A stretch of DNA of 41,989 nucleotides from a virus. Its lineage: Duplodnaviria; Caudoviricetes. The translations under genes and the position numbers were made by a program. The number at the start of each line of letters is the position of its first letter. Within the stretch, counting starts at the first letter, position 1. This document shows, piece by piece, positions 19,259 through 27,323 of this stretch. The DNA lies in IMG/VR virus record IMGVR_UViG_3300037474_000108, positions 1-41,989 of that record, one strand, 5' to 3'. Below the pieces are notes generated by a model. It had not been told where the DNA came from. It searched no databases and was given only the letters and a program-made list of their open reading frames with translations.

Positions 19259-20113
19259 ATGACCGAGGTTCTCTCGCTACCCGTGTCGACCTCCCTGCTC
19301 GCCGAGGTCAACGCCGTCGGCGACCCGCACCGCAACAAGGCGCAGGACGGCACCATCGGCGACCGCGCGCACATGGATCGCGTCTCGGATCACAACCTCG
19401 ACGAGATCGGCAAAACGGGCTCGTCGAGCGACCCGGACAACATCCCCGAGGTTCACGCCCGCGACGTCGACTCGCGCGGCCCGTGGCTCATCGAGGGCGG
19501 CGCCGAGCGGATCGTGCAGCTCATCGTCGCCAACGTCCGCGCGGCGGGGCACGCCAAGCGGCGCGTGAAGTACGTCATCTACCGTCGCCGCATCTGGGTG
19601 TGGCGGCAGATCTCGGGCGTCTGGCAGTTCGTGCAGCAGGCGTACGACGGCGCCGACCCGCATGACCTGCACTTCCACGTCAGCTTCGAATACGGGTCAG
19701 GTGCCGGCCCGACCAATCCCGAGAACAACACCGCGCCGTGGGGCATCCTCGCGGCCTACGAGGAGGAGAGCATGCCGACCGCACAGGAGATCGCCGCGGC
19801 AGTCTGGGCGTACGAGTTCACCCGCCCCGACGGTCCGACGAAGAGCGGCGCCACGAAGACCAGCGCGGGCGCGTACCAGGCCTACAGCGACGTGCAGGCG
19901 AACGCCGCCGCCGCGAAGGTCATCGCCACCCTGACGCCGATGCTCGCCGCGAGCAAGGTCGACACGAAGGCGCTCGCGGCCGAGCTCGTCGCGCCGCTCA
20001 CGGCGAGCGTGCTCGCTGCGCTGCCGCAGGAGCAGGGCGACCCGATCACCTCCGACGAGCTTCAGTCGGCGATCGTCGCCGCGCTCCGCGAACTTGCCGC
20101 ACCGCAGCAGTAA
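19259..20113 (+). CDS. Endolysin, probable Zn peptidase (M15-like)
   Basis: GGAGG RBS; DGTIGDRAH..SDHN..VHARDVD..HDLHFHVS; position after the tail genes. Confidence 0.75.
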   Translation: MTEVLSLPVSTSLLAEVNAVGDPHRNKAQDGTIGDRAHMDRVSDHNLDEIGKTGSSSDPDNIPEVHARDVDSRGPWLIEGGAERIVQLIVANVRAAGHAKRRVKYVIYRRRIWVWRQISGVWQFVQQAYDGADPHDLHFHVSFEYGSGAGPTNPENNTAPWGILAAYEEESMPTAQEIAAAVWAYEFTRPDGPTKSGATKTSAGAYQAYSDVQANAAAAKVIATLTPMLAASKVDTKALAAELVAPLTASVLAALPQEQGDPITSDELQSAIVAALRELAAPQQ

Positions 20114-20222
20114 GGCCCGTACCCCCTGCCGTCTCGATACGTGAACCTTTATGTTTTCCTTACGGGCCGCCGTCACGCACCGTGCACGGCGGCCCGTTCG
20201 TACACGAGAGAGGCAGGGCACG

Positions 20223-20441
20223 ATGCCGCAGTGGGCCCGACTGTTCGTGCTGCTCGTGGGCATGCTGGCATGGCTGGCAATGGTCGGCGTGTCCCTGTGG
20301 CTCAAGCAGATACCTAGCGCAGTGCTCATCGGCTTTCCGGCGGCCCTGTGGCTCGCACTTTCGGGCGGCGATACGATCGCCCGGAAGCGGGCAAGTACCC
20401 GTCGACCCTCGAAGGCCGACAAGGAAGGCGACCGCGCATGA
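20223..20441 (+). CDS. Membrane protein with 2 TM segments, holin-like
   Basis: Two hydrophobic stretches and a basic tail; follows the lysin. Confidence 0.65.
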   Translation: MPQWARLFVLLVGMLAWLAMVGVSLWLKQIPSAVLIGFPAALWLALSGGDTIARKRASTRRPSKADKEGDRA

Positions 20442-20587
20442 GCGCACTCGACCCGCAGTACGTTGCCGACGCCCTCGCTTGGGCGGTCGTGTGGTCGGGC
20501 CTCGGCCTCACCGGGCGGCAACTGCTCGCGCAGCACGAGGCCCGTCGTCGCGCCGCCGGCAGCCCGCACCGCGAGCGTAAGTCGTGA
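20438..20587 (+). CDS. Small membrane protein (49 aa)
   Basis: ATGA coupling; ALAWAVVWSGLGL hydrophobic stretch. Confidence 0.55.
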   Translation: MSALDPQYVADALAWAVVWSGLGLTGRQLLAQHEARRRAAGSPHRERKS

Positions 20588-20934
20588 CGCTCCCCGAGGA
20601 CCCGCCCCGCTGGCTGGCATGGGCCGGCACGCCGACCATGCGCGCCGCGACGACGTTCATCTCGCTGGTCGCGCTGCTCGTCTCGGCGGTCCTGTTCTAC
20701 CAGCTACAGAGCTTCACGCAGTGCCTCGCCGACCAGCAGCGGGCCGACGCCCGCCGGACGACCGTCATCGCGCAGGCGACCGACGCCGAGCGGCGCGCCG
20801 ACGCGGCCCTCGTTGCCGGTCCTCAGCCCGGGGGCCCGGACGGGCAGACGCTCCGTCGGCAGGACGTCGCCGCTCGGCAGTACACCGACGCGGTACGCGC
20901 CGCTAACCCGCCGCTTCCCCTCGATCCCTGCTGA
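20584..20934 (+). CDS. Single-TM lysis-cassette protein with a helical extracytoplasmic part
   Basis: GTGA coupling; FISLVALLVSAVLF TM; ends PPLPLDPC. Confidence 0.6.
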   Translation: MTLPEDPPRWLAWAGTPTMRAATTFISLVALLVSAVLFYQLQSFTQCLADQQRADARRTTVIAQATDAERRADAALVAGPQPGGPDGQTLRRQDVAARQYTDAVRAANPPLPLDPC

Positions 20935-21646
20935 CGACGTACGCCCGCCACGCCTGCCCGACGATGCCTGATCCCGGGAAGAGGTCGTCGAGCGTGTCGC
21001 GCGGTTCGGCGCCGATGAGGTCGAACATCCAGCGGCAGAACGCCGCGGGCTTCGTTCCGATGACCCGTCCGGGCAGGGTCAGCATCGGCGACACTCCGTG
21101 TTGCAAGACGTCGACCCGTCGCGCCGCGCCGGTGCCGGCCGACGCGTCGCGCGGCGATCGTGACGCGACGGGAACGTAGATCACGGGTTCCCACGCGTTG
21201 AGCGCGTAGACGACGTTCTCGCGCGGGCGCGGGTGGCGCACCCATGCCGCGACGCGTACCGGCAGGTCCTGCGCGACGGCTAGCGCGAGCACCCGCGGCA
21301 GCGCGCGGGCCGACGTCGACAGCGCCCACCCGTCATACGTCGACAACCTCGCGAGCAGTGCCCCGTGATCGACCTCGCCCGCATAGTCCGGGTGGTCGCG
21401 GTAGTACGAGGCGAGGCCCGGGTACGGCGGGTCGGCGTACGCGAGCCGTCGCGTCTGCAGCGCCCGGTCGACCCGCGACACGTCGCCCAGGACCTGCCGC
21501 GACGCGTCGCGCGCCGCGGCCGCCGAGCTGTCGCGTACGGCCGAGGTGAGTCGGTGCCGCGCCTGACGGCAACGCTTCGAGCACGTCAGGGCATCGCGTC
21601 GCGCACGGGCCGGAATCGGGCCCTTGCACCATGCGCACTCGCGCAT
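20903..21646 (-). CDS. Amino (N6A/N4C) DNA methyltransferase-like protein with N-terminal Zn finger
   Basis: YADPPY catalytic motif before DLFPGSG SAM motif (beta order); CAWC..CSKRC; GGGAGG RBS. Confidence 0.8.
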   Translation of the reverse strand: MRECAWCKGPIPARARRDALTCSKRCRQARHRLTSAVRDSSAAAARDASRQVLGDVSRVDRALQTRRLAYADPPYPGLASYYRDHPDYAGEVDHGALLARLSTYDGWALSTSARALPRVLALAVAQDLPVRVAAWVRHPRPRENVVYALNAWEPVIYVPVASRSPRDASAGTGAARRVDVLQHGVSPMLTLPGRVIGTKPAAFCRWMFDLIGAEPRDTLDDLFPGSGIVGQAWRAYVVSRDRGEAAG

Positions 21647-21687
21647 CAAACCTCCCCGGTTCCTAGCAGGCGGGTTACCATCCGCCC

Positions 21688-22059
21688 ATGAGACTCGTTC
21701 GTGAACCCGCCCTGATCATCGGCATCGTCGGCTCGGTGCTGACGTCCGCCGCCGCTCTCAACATCCAATGGCTGCCGCCGGCAGCGGCGGCCGGCATCGT
21801 CGCCTTCCTGACCGCGGTCGTCATCGCCGTCCGCACGCGGCCCGTGGCGCCCGCCCTGTACGTCGCCGCCGGGTCGGCCCTGGTCGCCGTCATGGCGCAG
21901 TACAACCTGCACCTTTCCGACGCGTGGGTCGGCTTCCTGACCTCGCTCGTGCTCGGCGGGTTCGCCCTGTTCGGCATCCGGCCGCAGGTGTCGCCGTCGA
22001 CCACCTCGGGCCGAGTGATCCCGGGCGAGGTGGTCACGGCGGCGACCGTCGCGCGCTAG
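21688..22059 (+). CDS. Holin-like protein (3-4 TM)
   Basis: REPAL..R-x-QVSP pattern of actinophage holins; TACCAT -10 6 nt upstream of the ATG. Confidence 0.75.
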   Translation: MRLVREPALIIGIVGSVLTSAAALNIQWLPPAAAAGIVAFLTAVVIAVRTRPVAPALYVAAGSALVAVMAQYNLHLSDAWVGFLTSLVLGGFALFGIRPQVSPSTTSGRVIPGEVVTAATVAR

Positions 22060-23546
22060 TCGAGCGGTGCCGTCAAGAGCCGCCACGCTGCGGCGCAAGC
22101 CAGCGGCACGACACCGTTACCGGCACCCTTGAGCGCTTCCGGCCGGGACAGTTCACCCGTGAGCAGTCCCGGCCGCAGGCCCATCATCCATTCGGGCAGC
22201 GCGGGCGAGAGGCGCGGCGCGCCCTTCGCCCCCGGCTCGGTCGGCGCGGGCGCCGGTACGCCCGTGATCGCCTCCCACAGGGCGACCGCCTCGGCGTACT
22301 TCCCCCACACCTCGGGCCGCACGCCGACATCGCTGAGCGTCCACCCGGGATTCCCGACAGTTCCGGGCGTCCTGTTCGCGGTCGCGTTCCGCGAGTTCCG
22401 GGCGTCCGCTGCCGTCGGCGTGGGCAGCATCGTGGCGACCCCGGGCAGCAGTGGCTCACCACGATTGTTCGTGTGGTTACCGTTCGCGTTGCTCGTCGTC
22501 GGCGTCGGCAGCAGGCGCGAGACGCTGCCGAGGGTATCCATCCGCTTCGCCCCCGAGGGCCTCTCGCCGCCGATCTCGGGCTCGCTGTGCCCGCCCTGCG
22601 CATCACTCACCATCGGCGTCGGCAGCAGGGTCACGAGCGTCCGCAGGTCGTCGCCGCCCTCGCGTTTCGCGGTGCGCCCCGGGCCGGACAGCCCGTCACG
22701 CGCCATCGGCGACGGCAGCAGCGAGGCAACGACGTCGTCGAGGTTGCTCGTCCGGCCGTTGTCGGCGACCCGCCGCAGGGCTGCCTCGGGCGAGAGCATG
22801 CCGCCCCGCGTGGACATCGAGGCGTCCGGCGTCGGCAGCAGGTTGACGACTGCGCCGAGCGGCGCGCCTTCCCCGTTCGGCTTGCCCTTGCGTTCCCAGT
22901 ACCCGCGGTCGCCCTCGTTACGAAGCTCAGCGTCGCGGGCGAGCGGCGTCGGCAACAGGAAGCGACCGCCCGAGCGGGGCGCGCCGCAGATCGCCTTGCC
23001 GCCGTCGACACGCCGCGCGGCGGGTACCGGACCGCTGCCGGTCCATCGCACGGCGACCGCGTAGTAGCGGTGCCGATGGTGCGGCGCGCCGACCGCGCAG
23101 GCCCCGAGTACGCACCATCGCACCTCGTACCCGTCGGCCTGCAAGTCCTCGTGCCGCTCGCGCAGCGTGAAGCCCTTGTCGTGCGAGACGATGTTCGCGA
23201 CGTTCTCGAAGAACAGTACGTCGGGCATGACCTGCCGGTAGGCGTGACGAACCCACGGCCACAGGAAGCGCGGATCCTTCCGTCCCTCCTGCCGCCCCGC
23301 GATGCTGATCGTCTGGCACGGGTCGCCGCTCGACATGAGGGCGACGTGCGGCGCGAGCTGCCACGGGGCGAGCTTGATGTCGCCGACGTTCGGCACGCCG
23401 TCGTGCTCGCGCTTGAGCACGCGGCTCATGGCGGGCTCGACCTCGGCGAGCCAGAGCGGCCGAAGCTGCACCCCAGCGAGGGCGAGGCCGAGCCCGATGC
23501 CGTCGTACCCCGTGCACAGCGATCCGTAACTGATCTCTCCGGTCAT
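22056..23546 (-). CDS. C5-cytosine DNA methyltransferase with six tandem LPTP modules
   Basis: Motif I SLCTGYDG, IV GDPCQ, VI FFENV, VIII HHRHRYY, IX EWMMGL, X GNGVVP; AGGGGAG RBS. Confidence 0.92.
   Translation of the reverse strand: MTGEISYGSLCTGYDGIGLGLALAGVQLRPLWLAEVEPAMSRVLKREHDGVPNVGDIKLAPWQLAPHVALMSSGDPCQTISIAGRQEGRKDPRFLWPWVRHAYRQVMPDVLFFENVANIVSHDKGFTLRERHEDLQADGYEVRWCVLGACAVGAPHHRHRYYAVAVRWTGSGPVPAARRVDGGKAICGAPRSGGRFLLPTPLARDAELRNEGDRGYWERKGKPNGEGAPLGAVVNLLPTPDASMSTRGGMLSPEAALRRVADNGRTSNLDDVVASLLPSPMARDGLSGPGRTAKREGGDDLRTLVTLLPTPMVSDAQGGHSEPEIGGERPSGAKRMDTLGSVSRLLPTPTTSNANGNHTNNRGEPLLPGVATMLPTPTAADARNSRNATANRTPGTVGNPGWTLSDVGVRPEVWGKYAEAVALWEAITGVPAPAPTEPGAKGAPRLSPALPEWMMGLRPGLLTGELSRPEALKGAGNGVVPLACAAAWRLLTAPLD
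22416..22958 (-). repeat. Six near-identical 15-bp repeats (consensus CTGCTGCCGACGCCG, LLPTP)
   Basis: Copies at 22944-58, 22827-41, 22707-21, 22614-28, 22500-14 and 22416-30. Confidence 0.9.
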
Positions 23547-23556
23547 CTCTCCCCTG

Positions 23557-23766
23557 TCAGTACACGATGAAGCGGGCGTGCCCGCGCTCGGTCTCGGTGC
23601 CCTCGGCGAGGCGGTCAGTGCGCAGGCGAACGATGCGGCCGGTCTCGTCCTCGCGGACGACCGTGTAGAAGCGTCCCGAGGAAACCACCGTGGCCTGCGT
23701 CTCGATGCCCTGACGCGTCCAGATGAGATCGCCAACCATGCCCCGCCGCAGTTCGTTCTTCGTCAT
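23557..23766 (-). CDS. Small hypothetical protein, probably leaderless
   Basis: ATG 7 nt after the TAGGTT -10 of the repeat promoter. Confidence 0.65.
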   Translation of the reverse strand: MTKNELRRGMVGDLIWTRQGIETQATVVSSGRFYTVVREDETGRIVRLRTDRLAEGTETERGHARFIVY

Positions 23767-23773
23767 GCCCATA

Positions 23774-23802
23774 AACCTAGCAGGTACCTAGCAGGTTTGC
23801 AA
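23774..23802 (-). promoter_or_regulatory. Repeat-type promoter
   Basis: TTGCAA-acctgctaggtacctgc(17)-TAGGTT on the minus strand. Confidence 0.8.
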
Positions 23803-23809
23803 CAGGGGA

Positions 23810-23833
23810 AAGGCCCCGGTTTCCCGGGGCCTT
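23810..23833 (-). terminator. Intrinsic terminator-like hairpin
   Basis: AAGGCCCCGG-GAAA-CCGGGGCCTT just after the stop at 23837. Confidence 0.75.
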
Positions 23834-23836
23834 CCG

Positions 23837-24376
23837 TCATCGCTGCTGGAAAGGATTCCACGGCGCTTCGGGTGCCGCCGTCGGCGTGAGCGGCGTGCTC
23901 GCGGGCGTCGCCCCCACCTCGGCCGGCACGGGCTCGGGCGGCGTAACCGGCGCTGCCGGCGTGACGGGCTCGGGCTCGACGGGCGCCTGCGGAGCCTCGA
24001 CCGGAACGCCCGCGGCGACCGCATCCTTCAGTTCGCGCTGCGGGTCGGCCTCGGCCGCCTCGCGCACCTTCTCGGCCTCGATCTCGGCCCTCGTGCGCCG
24101 CTTGCGCGTCTTCGGCGCGGCAGCGGGAGCGTCGACCGGCTGTGCGTTCCCTGCGGCGGGGGCCTGCTCGACGCTGGCGTTCACGTCGGGCTCGACCCGC
24201 TGCGGGCTTCCCGCGAGGGCGATCTCCTCAAGCACGACCTCGACCTCGCCCGGGGCGAAGCGCAGCAGGGCCTCGGCGCGGTGGTGCGTCGCCTCGAAGA
24301 GCGTCTCGTCGGCGACGAAGTTGCCCTCGTCGTCGTAGTTCACCGCCGCCACGGTCACGCGGTACACGGTTCGCAT
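23837..24376 (-). CDS. Hypothetical protein with Pro/Ala-rich tail and KRRTRAEIEA motif
   Basis: GGGAGAG RBS; ends PWNPFQQR. Confidence 0.7.
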   Translation of the reverse strand: MRTVYRVTVAAVNYDDEGNFVADETLFEATHHRAEALLRFAPGEVEVVLEEIALAGSPQRVEPDVNASVEQAPAAGNAQPVDAPAAAPKTRKRRTRAEIEAEKVREAAEADPQRELKDAVAAGVPVEAPQAPVEPEPVTPAAPVTPPEPVPAEVGATPASTPLTPTAAPEAPWNPFQQR

Positions 24377-24378
24377 CG

Positions 24379-24831
24379 TCAATCTCTCCCATCGGAAATG
24401 ATGATCATTGCCCCGGTAGGCCCGCCGGGCGCGGGACGTTCCTTGCCGAGCTCGCGCACTTTCTTGACCTGAGCATCATCCGCGAAGACGCGGGCACCGC
24501 CACTCTTCGCGCCGCCGAGGGGGTCGAGCGTCGCCCTCAGCAGCTTGTCGACGTCCGGCGGCCCGAGAGGCTCGTTGGTGCCTTCGGCGCGGCACTGCTC
24601 GTCGGTCACGTAGAACGTGCACTGCTCGATCACAACTGGCGTGCCGGCCGGGAAGAGCGGGAGCGCGGCGGGCTCGATGCCTGCGCGCTTATACGCCTCG
24701 TACGCGCCGCGCTTGACCGCCTGCCGCCACGCCGGCAGGTAGGCCGACTGTTCGAGAAGCTGCCCCGCGCCGCCGAGGTCTTTCGATCCCTGCGGCGCGG
24801 GGCGGCCGAATACGTAGACGATCAGTCTCAC
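24379..24831 (-). CDS. rusA: RusA-like Holliday junction resolvase
   Basis: GRPAPQGSK, PDVDKLLRATLD, FADDAQV. Confidence 0.88.
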   Translation of the reverse strand: MRLIVYVFGRPAPQGSKDLGGAGQLLEQSAYLPAWRQAVKRGAYEAYKRAGIEPAALPLFPAGTPVVIEQCTFYVTDEQCRAEGTNEPLGPPDVDKLLRATLDPLGGAKSGGARVFADDAQVKKVRELGKERPAPGGPTGAMIIISDGRD

Positions 24832-25721
24832 GGAGCCAGCGGGTGCGGGAACTGCCCCGCGCTCACGAGCTGCAAGTACTGGTTGGCGAGGTTCAGCTCG
24901 TCGTCGGTCGGCGTCGTGATGAACCACGGGTCGTTCTGCTGCGGTCCGGTCTTGACGAGGCGGCCGACGACCGCGCCGGGGGCGCCGTTCGGTCCGCCGC
25001 GCTCGCGTCCGGGCAGGTACGGCGAGCACTGTCCGATGAGCTGCGACTGGTTGAGCCACATGCCCTTGCGCACGTACGGCAGCGGCGAGTAGTCGGTGTG
25101 CGGCGTCGGCGGCAGGCCGTGCGGGTTACCGCCCCAGCCGATCGCGGTCATGTCGCCGACCCGCCCGCCGTCGAGCACGACGACCGTCGCGGTCATCCGG
25201 TCCTGCTCGAGGTTGCCCGACTGCCGGTCGGCGTCGGTCACGAACTTCGCGTTCTTCGGGACGCGCTGCAACATCATCGGGAAGATGACGACGAGACGCC
25301 CGTACATGTCGGCGAGCTTCGCGCCTTTACCGCCACCCGAGACCGGCGGCGGCGGAGCCGACGCGGTACCGAGGGCGGGCGGAGCCTGCTGCTGCTGGTA
25401 GGTGTTGGCGACGTGCTGCTCGTGCGTCACGCCCTGCGGCGGCACGTACGACGGCGTCGGAGCGTGAGGCTGCCCGTACAGCCCCGGTCCGGTCTGCTGT
25501 GGCGCGTACGCCTGCGGCGCGGGTGCCGCCTGCTGCTGCGCGAACGGGTTGCCCGCGGCGGGCGCCTGCTGCTGCGGCGCGTACGCCTGCGGGGCCTGCT
25601 GCGGGGCGGCGGGTGCCGCCTGCTGCGCGAACGGGTTGTTCGGCGCCTGCTGCTGCGCGGGCGCCGCCGGCTGGGCGGTCTGGGCCGGCACGTTGTTCGC
25701 GAACGGGTTCGGGTGACTCAT
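24828..25721 (-). CDS. Probable ssDNA-binding protein with Q/A/P-rich NPF-repeat N-terminus
   Basis: Between exonuclease and RusA; beta-rich C-domain GRLVVIFP..ATVVVLDG..VVGRL..PW. Confidence 0.55.
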   Translation of the reverse strand: MSHPNPFANNVPAQTAQPAAPAQQQAPNNPFAQQAAPAAPQQAPQAYAPQQQAPAAGNPFAQQQAAPAPQAYAPQQTGPGLYGQPHAPTPSYVPPQGVTHEQHVANTYQQQQAPPALGTASAPPPPVSGGGKGAKLADMYGRLVVIFPMMLQRVPKNAKFVTDADRQSGNLEQDRMTATVVVLDGGRVGDMTAIGWGGNPHGLPPTPHTDYSPLPYVRKGMWLNQSQLIGQCSPYLPGRERGGPNGAPGAVVGRLVKTGPQQNDPWFITTPTDDELNLANQYLQLVSAGQFPHPLAP

Positions 25722-25767
25722 GCTGCCTGCTTTCGTTTCCGTGACGTGGGCACTGTTGCCCTGGTCG

Positions 25768-25871
25768 GGGGGCGGGCGGGATTCGAACCCGCGATCTCTG
25801 CCGGTAACGCGAGGTGTCGTGACCTTCCGTGCGTTCAACCGTCGGCGCATACGCCAGCATGCTGCCGCCCC
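25768..25871 (-). ncRNA. tRNA-like RNA with expanded, non-canonical anticodon arm
   Basis: Acceptor GGGGCGG/CCGCCCC; D arm GCAT-GCTGGCGT-ATGC; variable AGATC; T arm GCGGG-TTCGAAT-CCCGC; ~31 nt longer than a standard tRNA. Confidence 0.7.
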
Positions 25872-25928
25872 TTGTCGCCCCCGGGCCACGGTCTCTGTTG
25901 GCTCGAAACCCGAGGGCGAGTACATGGA

Positions 25929-25950
25929 ACCCTAGCAGCTACCTGCTAGG
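25929..25950 (-). promoter_or_regulatory. Repeat-type promoter/operator with inverted halves, upstream of the tRNA-like RNA
   Basis: CCTAGCAG-ctac-CTGCTAGG at 25931-25950; -10 TAGGGT at 25929-25934; -35 weak. Confidence 0.6.
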
Positions 25951-27310
25951 CAGGCACCCCCTGCGCCCATCCGCAGGCGCACTTGCCCGAGGTGTGCATC
26001 GCCCGCTGCGGACATTCGATCTGCCGACGGCGGGCGTCGGCCGCCTCGGCGACGCGACCGCCCCACGTCCGCCCGATCGTGTTGACGTAGATGTCCCACG
26101 TCTTCGCGAGGTCGTCGAGCGTGCCGGCCGACCACACGGCGTCGATCGCCTGCCGATCGACGTCGTCGAGCGTGCCGCCCGCGGCGGGCTTCCACTCGAC
26201 GTTGCCGTCGGGCCGCCGAGTGGCGACCTGCGCGGCGCCCGCGTAGTTGGCGGCTACCGCCTGCTCGGTGAGCATCTGCGCGGGCGCGGGCCGCTTGATG
26301 TTCGGCATCGGGACGAACCACGCCCCCGGCTCGCCGAGCTTCGCCTTCGCGGCGGTCTCCCGCTTCGCCTGCTGGTACGCCGCCTTCGCGCCTTCCCACC
26401 CCTCGACGAGGTTGACGAAGTACGGTTCGGCCGCGCCGTCGGCGACGTGGACGACGACGCCGACGTCCTGCCGGACGCAGGGGGTCGGGACGTACTCCCC
26501 GGCGGGCATCTCGACCTCGTCGCCCGAGACCGAGAAACGCACCTTGACCGTGCCGCCGGTCGGCCGCCACATCCGCCGCGCCCGAGAGTAGATCGCGAGC
26601 TGCGGCGCGATGTGCAACCCGTTGAGCCACGGCTGCGACTCGCTCTTCACGTCGGCGATCACGGGCAGCTCGCCGAGACCGTCGGGCAGGAAATGCGGAT
26701 CGCGCGGGTCATGCCCCCCGTGACCGTGCTGGCACTGTCCCGGCCCGAGCAGGGCGGCAAGGCCCGGAATCTCGGTCACCCGGTCGAAGGTCCCGGCGAC
26801 CGGGCCGAGCTCGTCGCAGACGACCGTCCGCTCGATCTCGACCGTGCTCCACCCGTTCTCGCGGACGAGGAAGTCGTACGCCCGCAGGATGCTCGCGGCG
26901 GTCGCCGGCAGGCCCCGCGTGACGCTGTCGATGTCCTCGCCACGGTCGAGCCGCTCGGTGAGGTCGTGCAGCGCCGTGCCGGCCCGCGCGCCGTCCCGCT
27001 GTTTGGCGGCGGTCATCGCGTCCTTCACGATGCCGCCGAGCTTCTTTTTCGCCTCGGTCGACCAGCCCGTCACCGGGTCCGGGCGCCCCATCGCCTTGAC
27101 CGCGAGCACGAGGTCGTCACGGATGGCCAGCCCCTCGGCGACCTGCCGCAGCTTCCACTGATCGAGGTTGTACGTGTCGGTCTCGATGTACTTGAGCAGC
27201 TTGCTCACGCGGCGGTATTCGTTGCCCTCGTGGTCGCGGTACCAGCCCCAGCGACCGCCGGTCGGCATCGACCCCGGCGCGGGCGCCGCTGCGGTTATGG
27301 CTTGTGTCAT
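25946..27310 (-). CDS. PD-(D/E)XK (Cas4/RecE-like) exonuclease
   Basis: GTALHDLTE, VAGTFDRV, IADVKS, QLAIY; AGGGGAG RBS. Confidence 0.85.
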   Translation of the reverse strand: MTQAITAAAPAPGSMPTGGRWGWYRDHEGNEYRRVSKLLKYIETDTYNLDQWKLRQVAEGLAIRDDLVLAVKAMGRPDPVTGWSTEAKKKLGGIVKDAMTAAKQRDGARAGTALHDLTERLDRGEDIDSVTRGLPATAASILRAYDFLVRENGWSTVEIERTVVCDELGPVAGTFDRVTEIPGLAALLGPGQCQHGHGGHDPRDPHFLPDGLGELPVIADVKSESQPWLNGLHIAPQLAIYSRARRMWRPTGGTVKVRFSVSGDEVEMPAGEYVPTPCVRQDVGVVVHVADGAAEPYFVNLVEGWEGAKAAYQQAKRETAAKAKLGEPGAWFVPMPNIKRPAPAQMLTEQAVAANYAGAAQVATRRPDGNVEWKPAAGGTLDDVDRQAIDAVWSAGTLDDLAKTWDIYVNTIGRTWGGRVAEAADARRRQIECPQRAMHTSGKCACGWAQGVPA

Positions 27311-27323
27311 CTCTCCCCTGTTC

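Noticed and set aside
25768-25871. Calling the element a functional tRNA-Ser(TGA) or a tmRNA
   Set aside because: The GTTGAAC loop has no paired 5-bp stem and the remaining insert is too long for a variable arm; there is no G3-U70 pair or tag ORF as tmRNA would need
25722-25925. N-terminal extension of the SSB-like ORF to 25925
   Set aside because: It runs through the tRNA-like structure and starts only 3 nt after the -10; ATG 25721 after a purine-rich stretch fits better. A leaderless long form is not strictly excluded
23544-27320. Repeated CAGGGGAGAGATGAC at the starts of the C5 MTase and exonuclease genes
   Set aside because: Explained as a strong SD plus ATG-ACN; similar GGGAGAG SDs precede other genes
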